A model generated the notes under the pieces. The model did no database searches. It saw only the letters and a program-made list of their open reading frames with translations, and was not told the DNA's origin. This document shows positions 10,593-21,613 of a stretch of 55,162 nucleotides of DNA, in pieces (the first letter of the stretch is position 1; every line of letters starts with the position of its first letter). This DNA is from an uncultured Clostridia bacterium (GTDB taxonomy: Bacteria > Bacillota > Clostridia > TANB77 > CAG-508), in NCBI GenBank assembly GCA_944391755.1, contig CALXUT010000049.1, forward strand, positions 1-55,162. Reading direction: 5' to 3'. The position numbers and the translations under genes are program-made.

Positions 10593-11246
10593 TTATGTAT
10601 TTTTGATAGAAACCATTTTCGTATCAAATTTATTAATCATTTTTGCACAAGTAACAAGTTCTTTAGAAGCTTTTTTACTTACTTCTTGTTCTGTTTTATA
10701 TTTTACTTTATGTTCGAAACTTGCCCAGAAATCCATAGCTAAAGTTCTTATTTGTATTTCACATTTTACATAAATTGTTCTTTGTGTTAATCTTACAGGA
10801 ACTTCAACAATCATATGATAGCTTGTATATCCACTTTTCTTTGGATTTGTTACATAATCTTTTTCTTTTATAACATGTATATCTGACATCTCTCTTATTA
10901 AATCTCTTATAAAAAATATGTCATCTTTTAAGGTACATACTATCCTTATACCTGCAACATCATTTATCTTATCAATTAAATTTAAGTATGTTTTTTTGCA
11001 TTTTTTCTTTTCCATTTTTTTAATGATACTTTTTGGCTCTTTAATCCTTGTATCAATTCTATCAATTAAGTCATAATTATACATGATTTTAAATTCATCT
11101 TTTACAATATTGATTTGTGTTTCTAATTCTTTAAGCGCGGATTTGTAAAAAAACATTAACTTTTCGAACGGTTCATCTTTTATATCAAGTGCTTCCTCCT
11201 TATTTTCTAAAAAATTTTCAATTATCATTAAATCATTTTCTCTCAT
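10593..11246 (-). CDS. Small alarmone synthetase (RelP/RelQ-like GTP pyrophosphokinase)
   Basis: RIK, DVAGIR, GYTSYH, EIQIRT, WASFEH motifs in 217 aa. Confidence 0.9.
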   Translation of the reverse strand: MRENDLMIIENFLENKEEALDIKDEPFEKLMFFYKSALKELETQINIVKDEFKIMYNYDLIDRIDTRIKEPKSIIKKMEKKKCKKTYLNLIDKINDVAGIRIVCTLKDDIFFIRDLIREMSDIHVIKEKDYVTNPKKSGYTSYHMIVEVPVRLTQRTIYVKCEIQIRTLAMDFWASFEHKVKYKTEQEVSKKASKELVTCAKMINKFDTKMVSIKNT

Positions 11247-11404
11247 ATTTCATTTTTCCTTTCCAAATTATGGTTTTATTTTATCTGTAGATTGTTATCA
11301 TTATATCTGTTTTTTGTGTCCTTTTTGTAAATTATTTCTTAATATTGTTTTTTGAATCGTTTATTGATATAATTCCTATAATAATAATTAAAGGAGGTAA
11401 TTTT

Positions 11405-12127
11405 ATGTCTACACCACATAATGAAGCAAATTTAGGAGATATTGCAAAAACAGTGATTACACCAGGAGATCCACTTCGTGCAAAATATATTGCAGAAAAT
11501 TTTTTAGAGGACTATAAATTGGTAAATTCTGTTAGAGGAATGTATGCTTATACTGGTAAATATCAAGAAAAAGAAGTTACAGTTATGGCATCTGGTATGG
11601 GAATGCCAAGTATGGGAATTTATTGTTATGAACTATATAAATTTTATGATGTTGAAAATATTATTAGAATCGGTTCTTGTGGTTCTTACAAGCCTGAATT
11701 AAAATTATTTGATATTATCCTTGCCGAAAATACTTTTTCTGAAAGTAATTTTGCATTGACTTTAAATAACGAGGATTGTCATATTGTAAGTAGTAGTTCT
11801 GAATTAAATAAGATTATTGAAGAAACCGCACATGAAACAAATAAAAATATTTGTATTGGTAATACAGTTTGTACAGATTGTTTTGATGTGTATATGACAG
11901 ATGTGAATCAATTTTTAGCTAGGGTTCCAGAAAATTTCAACCCTGTTAGTGCTGAAATGGAAGCTTTTGCACTTTTCTATGTTGCAAAAATGCTAAATAA
12001 AAAGGCTGCTTGCCTAATGAGTGTAGTGGATTCTAAGTATATTAAAGATGTTGCTACTTCTGAAGAGAGACAAACTGGTCTTAATAATATGATTAAATTA
12101 GCTTTAGATGCTAGTTTAAAATTATAA
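11405..12127 (+). CDS. deoD: Purine-nucleoside phosphorylase (DeoD type)
   Basis: MSTPHN, PGDPLRAKYIAE, GMGMPS, RIGSCG, EME; SD AAGGAGG. Confidence 0.93.
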   Translation: MSTPHNEANLGDIAKTVITPGDPLRAKYIAENFLEDYKLVNSVRGMYAYTGKYQEKEVTVMASGMGMPSMGIYCYELYKFYDVENIIRIGSCGSYKPELKLFDIILAENTFSESNFALTLNNEDCHIVSSSSELNKIIEETAHETNKNICIGNTVCTDCFDVYMTDVNQFLARVPENFNPVSAEMEAFALFYVAKMLNKKAACLMSVVDSKYIKDVATSEERQTGLNNMIKLALDASLKL

Positions 12128-12145
12128 TTTTATTTCAAATTAAAC

Positions 12146-12189
12146 AAAAAGCTCAAATATTAAATGTTCATCTAATATTTGGGCTTTTT
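12146..12189. terminator. Bidirectional terminator between convergent deoD and argS
   Basis: AAAAAGCTCAAATATTA...TAATATTTGGGCTTTTT. Confidence 0.7.
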
Positions 12190-12203
12190 CGTCTAAAACT
12201 TTT

Positions 12204-13910
12204 TTACATCTTTTCTGGCATTTCTATTCCAAGTAACTGAGCACCTATTTTTAATACTGTTCCTACAGCATAGGTTAAATATACTCTTGCATTTTGTAAA
12301 TTTTTATCTTCACTAATAATTTTATTTTCATTGTAAAAATTACTATATGCTTTGGCTAAATCAATTAAATATCTTGATAATATAGATGGTTCATTTTTTT
12401 CGGTCACTTGAATTAATGTTTCTTCAAAATCATAGATTAGTTTGATAATTCTACTAGAAAAATCATCTAATAAATAGTTTACATCTACCTCTTTTATATC
12501 TGGCACTCCACCAGCTTTTTCTATAACACTTCTTGTTCGTACATAAGTATATTGTATATATGGTCCTGTTTCTCCTTGGAAGTTCAATATGGTATCCCAG
12601 TCAAATATCTCATCTTTCACTCTACTATTTGCTAAGTCATTAAAAATTACTGCACCTACTCCTACTTTTTTAGCTGTTTCTTCTTTATTTTCTAATTCTG
12701 GATTTTTTTCTTCTATTATTTTTTTTGCTCTTTGGATTGCTTCATTTAATAATTCTTCTAGTTTAATGACTTTTCCTTCTCTTGTTGACATTTTTCCGTC
12801 TTTTGTAAGAACCATTCCAAATGGAACATGCTCTAATCCATTTGTATATTTTTCTGGTAGTCCTAATAATTTTGCTACTTCAAATACTTGTTTAAAATGT
12901 AGAATTTGTTCATAAGAAGTTACATATAATGCTTTATCAAAATCATAGGTACGAGCTCTATACATAATAGCTGCTAAATCTCTTGTTGCATATGTTGTTG
13001 AACCATTTGATTTTTCTATAATACATGGTGCCATATTTTTGTCTTCTAAATCGATGATTTTAGCGCCTTCTGATTCTACCAATTGGCCACTTTTTTCTAA
13101 TATTTGTATGATTTCTGGCATTTTATCTGAATAAAATGCTTCTCCATTCCATGAATCAAAATGACTTCCTAAAATATCATAAACTTTTTTAAATTCTTTT
13201 AAACTTAAATCTTTAAACTTTTCCCAAAGTTCTTTACAATATGGATCACCATCTTCTAATTTTTTAAAATTGTTTCTGCATTCTTCTAAGATTTTTTCAT
13301 CTTCTTTACATGCTTGATTGATTCTTATATAAATCTTTGTTAATTCATCAATAGGATTTTCATCGATATTGTATTCATTCCCCCACCTTTTATATCCTTC
13401 AATTAGTTTTCCAAATTGTGTTCCATAATCTCCTAAATGGTTAATTCCTGTTACATGATATCCTAAATATTTATAAATGTTATATAATGCTCCTCCTATA
13501 ACGGTTGAACGCAAATGTCCTATATGAAATGGTTTTGCAATATTGGGTGCAGAATAATCGATAACTATATTTTTATCTTTTCCTATTTCAGATTTACCAT
13601 ATTCTTTTGTTTCAGAAATATTTTGCAATACTTCTGATGCTAAATTTTCTTTATTAACAAAAAAGTTTATATATCCTCCTACTACTTCTATATTTTCTAT
13701 TAGTTTCTTGTCTAATTCTATTTTTGTTTTTATATCCTCTGCAATCATAGGTGGTGCTTTTCTTAATTCTTTTGCAAGTCTAAAGCATGGAAATGCATAA
13801 TCTCCATTAGCAACTCCTTTTGGTTTTTCTATGGATTTTTCTATTTCTGTTACATCTATTTTTAGAACTTTTGCTATTTCATTTGCAATAACATTTTTAT
13901 AATTTATCAT
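12204..13910 (-). CDS. argS: Arginine--tRNA ligase
   Basis: PNIAKPFHIGHLRS, KMSTREG, GPYIQYTYVR. Confidence 0.96.
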   Translation of the reverse strand: MINYKNVIANEIAKVLKIDVTEIEKSIEKPKGVANGDYAFPCFRLAKELRKAPPMIAEDIKTKIELDKKLIENIEVVGGYINFFVNKENLASEVLQNISETKEYGKSEIGKDKNIVIDYSAPNIAKPFHIGHLRSTVIGGALYNIYKYLGYHVTGINHLGDYGTQFGKLIEGYKRWGNEYNIDENPIDELTKIYIRINQACKEDEKILEECRNNFKKLEDGDPYCKELWEKFKDLSLKEFKKVYDILGSHFDSWNGEAFYSDKMPEIIQILEKSGQLVESEGAKIIDLEDKNMAPCIIEKSNGSTTYATRDLAAIMYRARTYDFDKALYVTSYEQILHFKQVFEVAKLLGLPEKYTNGLEHVPFGMVLTKDGKMSTREGKVIKLEELLNEAIQRAKKIIEEKNPELENKEETAKKVGVGAVIFNDLANSRVKDEIFDWDTILNFQGETGPYIQYTYVRTRSVIEKAGGVPDIKEVDVNYLLDDFSSRIIKLIYDFEETLIQVTEKNEPSILSRYLIDLAKAYSNFYNENKIISEDKNLQNARVYLTYAVGTVLKIGAQLLGIEMPEKM

Positions 13911-13930
13911 TTTATTTTCTTCCTTTTCAT

Positions 13931-14344
13931 CTATTTTTTTAAATTAATCATATCTCTTATAAATTCTTTTAAATCATCTAAATGATTTTCTATGACATCT
14001 TTTAAAATTTCTTCATCTAGTTCCTTGTATTCATGTATAGCTATATTTCTAAACCCAATCATTCCTTTCATTTTTGAACACATATCATCTGATATGAATC
14101 CATTTTTATTCAATAATTCAAAGGCTTCTTTTTTTGTTTGTGGAATTCCTAATTTTCTTGTAGATACAATATACATAGCAACATCTGTTGTCATCTCACA
14201 AGCTCTTTGTAAATTTAAAACAATTGCATCCATTTTTCTATAATCTAACAGATTTTCAGGATTGTTTTCATATTCTTCATTGATTCTGTTTATGCACCTT
14301 TCTACACTTTCATATTTATTAATGATGACTGCTTCATTTTCCAT
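13931..14344 (-). CDS. hepT: HepT-like HEPN (DUF86) ribonuclease toxin
   Basis: RNIAIHEY = RX4HXY motif; overlaps the upstream MNT gene. Confidence 0.88.
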   Translation of the reverse strand: MENEAVIINKYESVERCINRINEEYENNPENLLDYRKMDAIVLNLQRACEMTTDVAMYIVSTRKLGIPQTKKEAFELLNKNGFISDDMCSKMKGMIGFRNIAIHEYKELDEEILKDVIENHLDDLKEFIRDMINLKK

Positions 14345-14747
14345 AAACATCTCCTCCATTTTTTATATTATCTATTATCATTTTCCTGCTTTCATTTAAT
14401 TCTAAAAATTCCCTATACATGTCTAATTTATATAATTCAAACTTAAATTCATCTTCACAATATAATGTTTTTCCATTCATCAATATTTCATATCGAAAGG
14501 TATCTCCAATTTCATCTAGATTTATTAAATCCACTTCTTTTTTTAGTTTATCTTCTAGTAAATTAGAGATTTCATACAATCTTTTTTTATTTATTTTATT
14601 ATTTTTAGTTTTTATTGCTATGTCTATATCACTTTCTGCATTTTGTGTGCCTCTTGCATAACTACCAAATAATATGATTGCTTCACATTCTAAACATTCT
14701 AATAAAATTTTTTTTATTTCTTCTATCATTTTTTTATTCCTCTCCAT
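14334..14747 (-). CDS. mntA: MntA-like minimal nucleotidyltransferase antitoxin
   Basis: LFGSYARG....SDIDIA = GSX10DXD; VDL third acidic residue. Confidence 0.88.
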   Translation of the reverse strand: MERNKKMIEEIKKILLECLECEAIILFGSYARGTQNAESDIDIAIKTKNNKINKKRLYEISNLLEDKLKKEVDLINLDEIGDTFRYEILMNGKTLYCEDEFKFELYKLDMYREFLELNESRKMIIDNIKNGGDVYGK

Positions 14748-14773
14748 AAGGATTTTTCAAAAAATATCATATT

Positions 14774-16156
14774 TTATATTTCTGTAATTTCTACTCCCTC
14801 TTTTGTATCTTTTACAGAATACCCTTTTTCTTTAATCAAATCTCTTAATCTATCTGATTCTGTCCAATTTTTATTGGCTCTTGCTTGTTTTCTTTGTTCT
14901 ACTAATTCTAATACAACTCGTGGTATTTCTTTTTGTTCTCTTTTCTCTGTTATTTTGATTCCTAATACCGTATCAAATTTTTCTAATAATTTTGCTATCT
15001 TTTTTGATTTTTCAGGATGCTTAACTGCTTCCCATACAACACTCATGGCAAGTGGCATGTTTAAATCATCATTAATGGCTTGATGAAATCTATTTTCGAA
15101 ATCATTTATGATTTCATCTGATACATCCTCTGTCCCTGCTAAATGTTTTTGATAACCTTCTCTTAATCTATTTAAAGAAACAGATGCGGATTCTATTCCT
15201 TCCCAAGTAAAATTTAGTTTTCCTTTATAATGACATGAAAAATTGAATAATCTATATACGAGTGGATCATATCCTCTATTTACGATATCATCTACTAAAT
15301 ATACATTTCCTAAGCTTTTTGACATTTTTCCACCATTAATTAATAAATATTCTCCATGCATCCAATAATGTGCTGGAATTTTTCCACAAGCACCTTTGCT
15401 TTGCGCTATTTCATTTTCGTGGTGAGTAGGAATTAAATCAATTCCGCCTGTATGAATATCAAATACTTCTCCTAAATATTTTGTGCTCATTGCGGAACAT
15501 TCTATATGCCATCCAGGATAACTAGGTCCCCAAGGACTATCCCATTTCATTAAATGATTTTCTGGTGCTTTTATCCATAATGCAAAATCATATGGATTTC
15601 TTTTTTCTGGGTCTACATCTACTCTTGCTCCAGCTTTTTGTTCTCTAAGATTGATTCCTGATAAGATTCCATATTCATCTAATTTTGATACATCAAAATA
15701 AATAGCAGTAGAAGTTTCATAGGCATATCCTTTTTCCATTATTTTTTGTACCATTTCTAACATTTCTTTTATATGATCTGTTGCTTTACATATGATTTCT
15801 GGTGTTTCTATATTTAGTCTCTCTAAATCTCTGAAAAATAATTTTGTATAATGTTCTGCGATTTCTAATGGTGTCTTATGTTCTTCTCTAGCTGATTTTA
15901 ACATTTTGTCTTCACCTTCGTCTCCATCAGAAACAAGATGCCCTACATCTGTTATATTCATAACATGTTTTATTTCATACCCATTATATCTTAATACTCG
16001 TCTTAAGGTATCTTGAAACAGGTTTGTTCTCATATTCCCTATTGTTGCATCTTTGTATACAGTAGGTCCACAAGAATAAATTCTCACTTTTCCTGTTTCT
16101 ATTGGACTAAATAATTCTTTCTTTTTTGTTAATGTATTATAAAAATATATGTCCAT
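14774..16156 (-). CDS. cysS: Cysteine--tRNA ligase
   Basis: CGPTVY, PGWHIECSAM, DIHTGG, KMSKSLGN. Confidence 0.96.
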   Translation of the reverse strand: MDIYFYNTLTKKKELFSPIETGKVRIYSCGPTVYKDATIGNMRTNLFQDTLRRVLRYNGYEIKHVMNITDVGHLVSDGDEGEDKMLKSAREEHKTPLEIAEHYTKLFFRDLERLNIETPEIICKATDHIKEMLEMVQKIMEKGYAYETSTAIYFDVSKLDEYGILSGINLREQKAGARVDVDPEKRNPYDFALWIKAPENHLMKWDSPWGPSYPGWHIECSAMSTKYLGEVFDIHTGGIDLIPTHHENEIAQSKGACGKIPAHYWMHGEYLLINGGKMSKSLGNVYLVDDIVNRGYDPLVYRLFNFSCHYKGKLNFTWEGIESASVSLNRLREGYQKHLAGTEDVSDEIINDFENRFHQAINDDLNMPLAMSVVWEAVKHPEKSKKIAKLLEKFDTVLGIKITEKREQKEIPRVVLELVEQRKQARANKNWTESDRLRDLIKEKGYSVKDTKEGVEITEI

Positions 16157-16206
16157 TATTTCCTCCTTTTAAGGTTTTACCCCACAAAGATTGTGGGGTT
16201 AATTCA

Positions 16207-18837
16207 TTATCTATCATTACTTCTTCTATTCGTATTGGTATTTGTATTGTCTCCTGAACCACCGGTTGAACCTCCATCTCCTGGATCTGTTGTGTTTCCA
16301 TTGTCTGAACCACCACCAGTTGAGCCTCCATCTCCTGGATCTGTTGTGTTTTCATTGTCTGAACCACCACCAGTTGAACCTCCGTCTCCTGGATCTGTTG
16401 TGTTTCCATTGTCTGGATTATCATCAGGTTCTTCTGTTGGTTCTTCTGGTTCTTCTGGTATAACTTCTTCTGGTTTTGTATGAACTGTACAATATTCTGT
16501 TGGTGCTGTTTCTACAGTTGTATTAATTCCTGGTGTATTCCATAGTCCTAGTCTCTCTTTTTCAACTACATAATTTGCACTTCTTGTTTGTCTTGTTGAA
16601 TCTGGGCAATATTCATTTGCTAATAATCCAGATGTTGTACAGATTGTATATTGGCTTTGATGTGCATCACATGTTTCTGGTAATTTTCCTTCTATAAATA
16701 TTTCTGTATATTTATTAGTACATTTATCTGATGCTAATCTACCACTTGTTCTACATACTGTTGCATGAACAATACCGTCTGGTTCTTTAAATGTTGAAGA
16801 TTCTTTTCCTTTATGAATTGCTGTCATGATATTAGAGAATAACTGTCCTGCTGGATTTCTTCCACTATAATTTACCGTTTCTGGATCATCATATCCATAC
16901 CAAGCTGCACAAGCATAATAGTTTGTAAATCCACATAACCATCTATCTTTTTTCTCATTGGTTGTTCCTGTTTTTGCTGCTACATCCATTCCTTTTATTG
17001 CACAATATGTTGCTGTTCCAGCATATCCATCAGCTCCTGATATGGTTGATTTTAATAAATCTTTCATCACATAAGCTGCTTGTGCTGAAAATGCTTTTTC
17101 TGTTTTTTGATTTGGTTCTAACACGATTTTTCCATCTGAATCTTCTACTTTTGAGAAAAATGTTGGTTCTATATAATTTCCATCATTTGCGATAGTAGCA
17201 TATGCTGCTGCCATTTCTAATGGGCTAATTCCATATGTTAATCCTCCAATTGCAAGCGCCAAATTGTTGTCTCTTTCATCATCTAATGAACTAATACCCA
17301 TCTTTTTCATATATTCCATTGATTTTTTAGGTGTTAGTTCTGCCATTACCTTTACAAAAGGAACATTTTGTGATGTTGCTAATGCATTTCTTACAGTTCT
17401 TAATGTTGTAAAGCTAACATCATTTTCTGGCTCATAATCTTTTCCGAAGGTTGTACGTAAGTCTGCATATATTGTTGCTGGCGTAATAATTCCTTCTTCT
17501 AATGCTGGTATAACATCTGCAATTGGTTTTATTGATGAACCTGTTTGTCTTTCTGAATTGATTCTGTTTAATCCTCTTGAAGTTGTTTTTTCTCCTAATT
17601 GTCCTATTGCACCCACTACATATCCTGTTGATGGTTCTATAACAACTGCTGCACCTTGTGCTGTTGCTCCTGTCTTTTTCGAAGTCAATTTGTATCTGTC
17701 TTGTTTAGCCTCTTCTTCCATGACTGTTTGGACAGATGTTACTTGTGTTGAATATATTCTTAATCCACTACTATAAAGATAAGTTGTTGCTGCATCTTCT
17801 GAAATATTCTTTTCTTCCATGATTTGATCTATTAATTGATCTATTAATGCATCTGTGTGTGATGAATATACATTTCCACTTACACCATTTTCAAATGTGA
17901 AACCTGCATCTACTTCTGCTACTGCTGTATTGTATTCTTCATCTGTTATATATCCTAATTCTTGCATTTTTCCTAATACTGTTTTTGTTCTTTTTGCTGT
18001 TTTTTCTGTTACATCTTTTCCTGAATATGGATTATAAGAATTTGGTGAATGGTTTATTCCTGCTAAAAATGCACATTGTGCAATACTTAAATCTTTTGCA
18101 GATTTATTAAAGTAGTATTCTGATGCAATTTCAACTCCACGATTATCAGCATTTCCTCCAACAAATATTAAGTTTAAGTATAATTCTAATATCTGATCTT
18201 TTGAAAGTTCTTTTTCTATTTGATAAGCTTTTACCCATTCTTTTACTTTTCTGATAACACCTTTGATACCACTGGAATCTTTATCCTGTGTGATATTTTT
18301 TACTAATTGTTGTGTGATTGTACTTCCTCCACCAGCAGTTGATTCTCCACCATGTGTAACAAACGAAAGTATAGCTGCACCTGTTCTTTTTATATCTACT
18401 CCATGGTGTTTTTCGAATCTTTCATCTTCTATTGCTACATAAGCTTTTGGTAAATATACTGACATTTCTTCTAATGTAATAATTTTTCGATTCTCATCTC
18501 CAGTTAATTCTGCTATAATATTTCCATCCGTGTCTACGATTACAGAATTTTCTTGAAGTATTAAATCTGATATATCAATTCTTAAGTCATCTCCCCATAA
18601 GCCATAGATTAGTCCTATAACTACTCCAGCCCCTACTACACATAATATTAAAAATACTATCAGCATTATTTTTAGTGCAATTGCTAATTTAGGGTGTTTA
18701 TGTTTAAATTTTAATTTTGTATCTTTACTTTTGGCTTTTATATCCTTATTTTCATTTTTTATTTTTTTACTTTTTAATTTATTATTTCCCGCAGTTTTTG
18801 CTTTCTTTGTATTGATTTTTTTCTTTTTTTCTTCCAT
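16207..18837 (-). CDS. Class A PBP (PBP1A, transglycosylase-transpeptidase) with low-complexity tail
   Basis: EDERF..H.G, GGSTITQQL, SSIK, SQN, KTGT. Confidence 0.93.
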   Translation of the reverse strand: MEEKKKKINTKKAKTAGNNKLKSKKIKNENKDIKAKSKDTKLKFKHKHPKLAIALKIMLIVFLILCVVGAGVVIGLIYGLWGDDLRIDISDLILQENSVIVDTDGNIIAELTGDENRKIITLEEMSVYLPKAYVAIEDERFEKHHGVDIKRTGAAILSFVTHGGESTAGGGSTITQQLVKNITQDKDSSGIKGVIRKVKEWVKAYQIEKELSKDQILELYLNLIFVGGNADNRGVEIASEYYFNKSAKDLSIAQCAFLAGINHSPNSYNPYSGKDVTEKTAKRTKTVLGKMQELGYITDEEYNTAVAEVDAGFTFENGVSGNVYSSHTDALIDQLIDQIMEEKNISEDAATTYLYSSGLRIYSTQVTSVQTVMEEEAKQDRYKLTSKKTGATAQGAAVVIEPSTGYVVGAIGQLGEKTTSRGLNRINSERQTGSSIKPIADVIPALEEGIITPATIYADLRTTFGKDYEPENDVSFTTLRTVRNALATSQNVPFVKVMAELTPKKSMEYMKKMGISSLDDERDNNLALAIGGLTYGISPLEMAAAYATIANDGNYIEPTFFSKVEDSDGKIVLEPNQKTEKAFSAQAAYVMKDLLKSTISGADGYAGTATYCAIKGMDVAAKTGTTNEKKDRWLCGFTNYYACAAWYGYDDPETVNYSGRNPAGQLFSNIMTAIHKGKESSTFKEPDGIVHATVCRTSGRLASDKCTNKYTEIFIEGKLPETCDAHQSQYTICTTSGLLANEYCPDSTRQTRSANYVVEKERLGLWNTPGINTTVETAPTEYCTVHTKPEEVIPEEPEEPTEEPDDNPDNGNTTDPGDGGSTGGGSDNENTTDPGDGGSTGGGSDNGNTTDPGDGGSTGGSGDNTNTNTNRRSNDR
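16254..16414. repeat. 54-bp tandem repeat x3 encoding DNGNTTDPGDGGSTGGGS
   Basis: Near-identical units visible in DNA and protein. Confidence 0.9.
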
Positions 18838-18906
18838 TTTTCTTCCCTACTTTCTACAACATTATATTATATTTTTATAAAAAAGAAAAGCATTTTAAGA
18901 AAATCT

Positions 18907-19740
18907 TTAGATTTTTCCATTAATACCATAAAGATCTTTTATACTTATTTTATATTTTCCTATTTTGTTACAAATATTGCTATAATTATCTCTCATGTAT
19001 AAGACTGCCTCTAATAAATCTTTGGTTCTAAATTTTTGGAAATTTTCTCTCCAAATAATTTCTTCTCTACCAACTTCTATTTCATAATCATTAATATTAA
19101 TACCATTAAACCTTCTATTTTCAATTTTTATATCTCCTTCTAAATTTAAAATAATTGCATTTTCATTTATATGATACTTGTTTAATAATTCCTTATTAAA
19201 ATCTATATTTAAAATTACATTTGCTTTTGCTAAGCTCTTTTTTTTATTATTTGAAACTACTATTAGTATACCTTCTTGTGAATATATCTCTTTTTCAATT
19301 TTTCTTAATTTTTCTATATGATTTGTTACAATTGTTGTTCTTTTATACTGTTTTGCTAATTTTTTTATCATTTCTATTGCAGAATCTGATATTTCATTTG
19401 TTGTTATAGCAATTTCTTTTTCTTCTAATTTTATATTTTCTTTTTTTGTTATATAATCCAGTATTTGAATTGCTAAATATTGAATCAACCATCTCCCATC
19501 AAAAATATGTATATTATTTGCATATAAAGTATTTACAAGTTCTCTGTTCTCTATTAATTCTTTTGATAAAACAACATTTGAAGTCTCTTTAGCATTCAAT
19601 ATTTTTGTTAACTTTTTTATGTTTCTTTGTTTTTGTAAATCTAAATATACTTTGCAACTATCTTCATGAAATCTGATTTTTCCTATTATAGGTATAGGCT
19701 TATCCATTTTTTCTATATAATATGTTTTCATCGTTGTCAC
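18907..19740 (-). CDS. Hypothetical protein, possibly a degenerate Rossmann-like fold
   Basis: 277-aa ORF with SD GAGGTG; no firm motif. Confidence 0.7.
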   Translation of the reverse strand: MTTMKTYYIEKMDKPIPIIGKIRFHEDSCKVYLDLQKQRNIKKLTKILNAKETSNVVLSKELIENRELVNTLYANNIHIFDGRWLIQYLAIQILDYITKKENIKLEEKEIAITTNEISDSAIEMIKKLAKQYKRTTIVTNHIEKLRKIEKEIYSQEGILIVVSNNKKKSLAKANVILNIDFNKELLNKYHINENAIILNLEGDIKIENRRFNGININDYEIEVGREEIIWRENFQKFRTKDLLEAVLYMRDNYSNICNKIGKYKISIKDLYGINGKI

Positions 19741-19782
19741 CTCAATAATACCTATGCAAGATAATAGAAAAAAAGAACAAAA

Positions 19783-21489
19783 TTAATTTGTTCCTTTTTC
19801 TAATTCTGTTTTTATGATTGTCCAGATGTTTGATGTTTCACGATCTTTTTCCCAACAAGAAGCTCCTCCTAAATTATATTTGGTTACTAACGATACTTTC
19901 GCTTCTATAGATGCTCCATCTTCTATCCACATCATTTTTGTTGAACTTCCTGATTTAAATTCTACATAATATTGTTTTAAATCATCATTCCATTGTTTTT
20001 CTACATCATTTGGAATATTTTTATTAATATCTATCATGTTTACAACATTTCTACCTGTGATTTCTCCACTTGCTGATATCGTCCAAATTCTTGTATATAA
20101 TGGCATTGCTAATATAATTTTTTCAGGATCTACAACATCATATTCAATGATTTTCTTTAAATTTGTTTCTACCCAGTTATATCCTGCTGTTGTCCCTGGT
20201 TCTGTACTTGATGTACCATGTTGATCATATGCCATAAATACTAAATAGTCTGCAACATCTCCTATTACATTTCTATCAAAACATAATGACCAGTTTGGAT
20301 CTCCATCTGGTGCTGTTACATCTACTGATGTTACAATTCCTACCTCTTGCATTCGTGGTACAAGTTCTATAATAAATCTTGAATATTTATCTTTATCTTC
20401 TTGATACATATTTTCAAAATCCATATTAATTCCATCAAGTCCATATTCTACACATTTTTCAACTATGTCTTCTATTAATTCTTGTCTTCTTGTATAACTA
20501 TTTAAAATAGATGATACCACTTTTCTACCTTCTTCTCCTGAAAGCATTTCTGTGCTTGACACCATTGGCCATACTTTGTACCCATTTGAATGTGCCCATT
20601 CTATATATGCTATTCCTGAACTTCCAACATGTTCTTGTAATTGCCCTTCTTCATCTATATAGAAAAATGATGGTGATACTACATTGATACCTTCTATTGT
20701 TTGTCCAGTTCTATCTGGTGCTTGTGCATATCTAGAAAAATAATCCCAGAACATGTTTACTTTTCCTGTTATTTGCTTGTCTTCAGTCCAATTTTCTCTA
20801 ATTGTTGTAAAATTCGTTAATTTATTCGTTTTTATATATCCAATTTCTCCACTTTCTGTTCTAACTTTTGTCCATCCATCATCCTCTTGAGAAATGGCAA
20901 TTACGATATCTCCTTTTCCTATTTTATCAACAGTTTTTGAAAATATATCCTTTTTCCATTTTACGGATACCTTTGATTTTGTATATGCATTTATTTTCTC
21001 TCTATTGAATGAATCTATTGTTACAATACCTTTTTCAGCTATATAAGCTATTTCCATATTATAAACATCTGTCATTTCTGAAATTGGTAAATATACTTCT
21101 TCATTTTCCCTTATAGCACTTGCATTTGTTTTCTTTATCGCTCCATTAATTGTAATTTTGTTTACATCAAATCCTATACTTGCTATTTTTTTATCATAAG
21201 TTGTAACAACTTCATTTATTTCTTCTTCAATATATATATATTTATCAAAAAAATTTTCAATATCATCCATTGATAAATATATAATTCCATCCATAATCTT
21301 CACATCATGTTTTAACCTAGATGTAACATTATTATTATTGATTATTAAATTTATTTCGTTCTCATTCGATTCTCTTAAATAATTTTGTGCTTTTATTAAT
21401 ATAAATACGGTTACTGCTAAAAGTATTAGTATTATAATGATTCTTTTCAATATATTATCTTTTTTTACTTTTTCTCTCTTTCCCTTCAT
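19783..21489 (-). CDS. Glycoside hydrolase family 18 with SH3-like domain (spore/cell-wall hydrolase type)
   Basis: LDGINMDFE catalytic motif, FMAYD, GWTKVRTESGEIGYI SH3b. Confidence 0.88.
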   Translation of the reverse strand: MKGKREKVKKDNILKRIIIILILLAVTVFILIKAQNYLRESNENEINLIINNNNVTSRLKHDVKIMDGIIYLSMDDIENFFDKYIYIEEEINEVVTTYDKKIASIGFDVNKITINGAIKKTNASAIRENEEVYLPISEMTDVYNMEIAYIAEKGIVTIDSFNREKINAYTKSKVSVKWKKDIFSKTVDKIGKGDIVIAISQEDDGWTKVRTESGEIGYIKTNKLTNFTTIRENWTEDKQITGKVNMFWDYFSRYAQAPDRTGQTIEGINVVSPSFFYIDEEGQLQEHVGSSGIAYIEWAHSNGYKVWPMVSSTEMLSGEEGRKVVSSILNSYTRRQELIEDIVEKCVEYGLDGINMDFENMYQEDKDKYSRFIIELVPRMQEVGIVTSVDVTAPDGDPNWSLCFDRNVIGDVADYLVFMAYDQHGTSSTEPGTTAGYNWVETNLKKIIEYDVVDPEKIILAMPLYTRIWTISASGEITGRNVVNMIDINKNIPNDVEKQWNDDLKQYYVEFKSGSSTKMMWIEDGASIEAKVSLVTKYNLGGASCWEKDRETSNIWTIIKTELEKGTN

Positions 21490-21571
21490 TTGTTGCTCTC
21501 CTTATTTTTTACTTTATACATTTTTTATTATATTATACTGTTAAAAAAATAGCAAGATTTTTCTTGCTATT

Positions 21572-21578
21572 TTCGACA
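21572..21578 (-). promoter_or_regulatory. Possible Spo0A box upstream of the GH18 gene
   Basis: TGTCGAA on minus strand; another at 8613-8619. Short motif, could be chance. Confidence 0.35.
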
Positions 21579-21613
21579 AATTCATAAACAATTTTTTTAA
21601 TATCACTTTATAT

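Noticed and set aside
16137-16483. Repeat-containing ORFs 16137..16424, 16193..16483 and 16242..16463
   Set aside because: Alternate-frame readouts of the 54-bp repeat in PBP1A.
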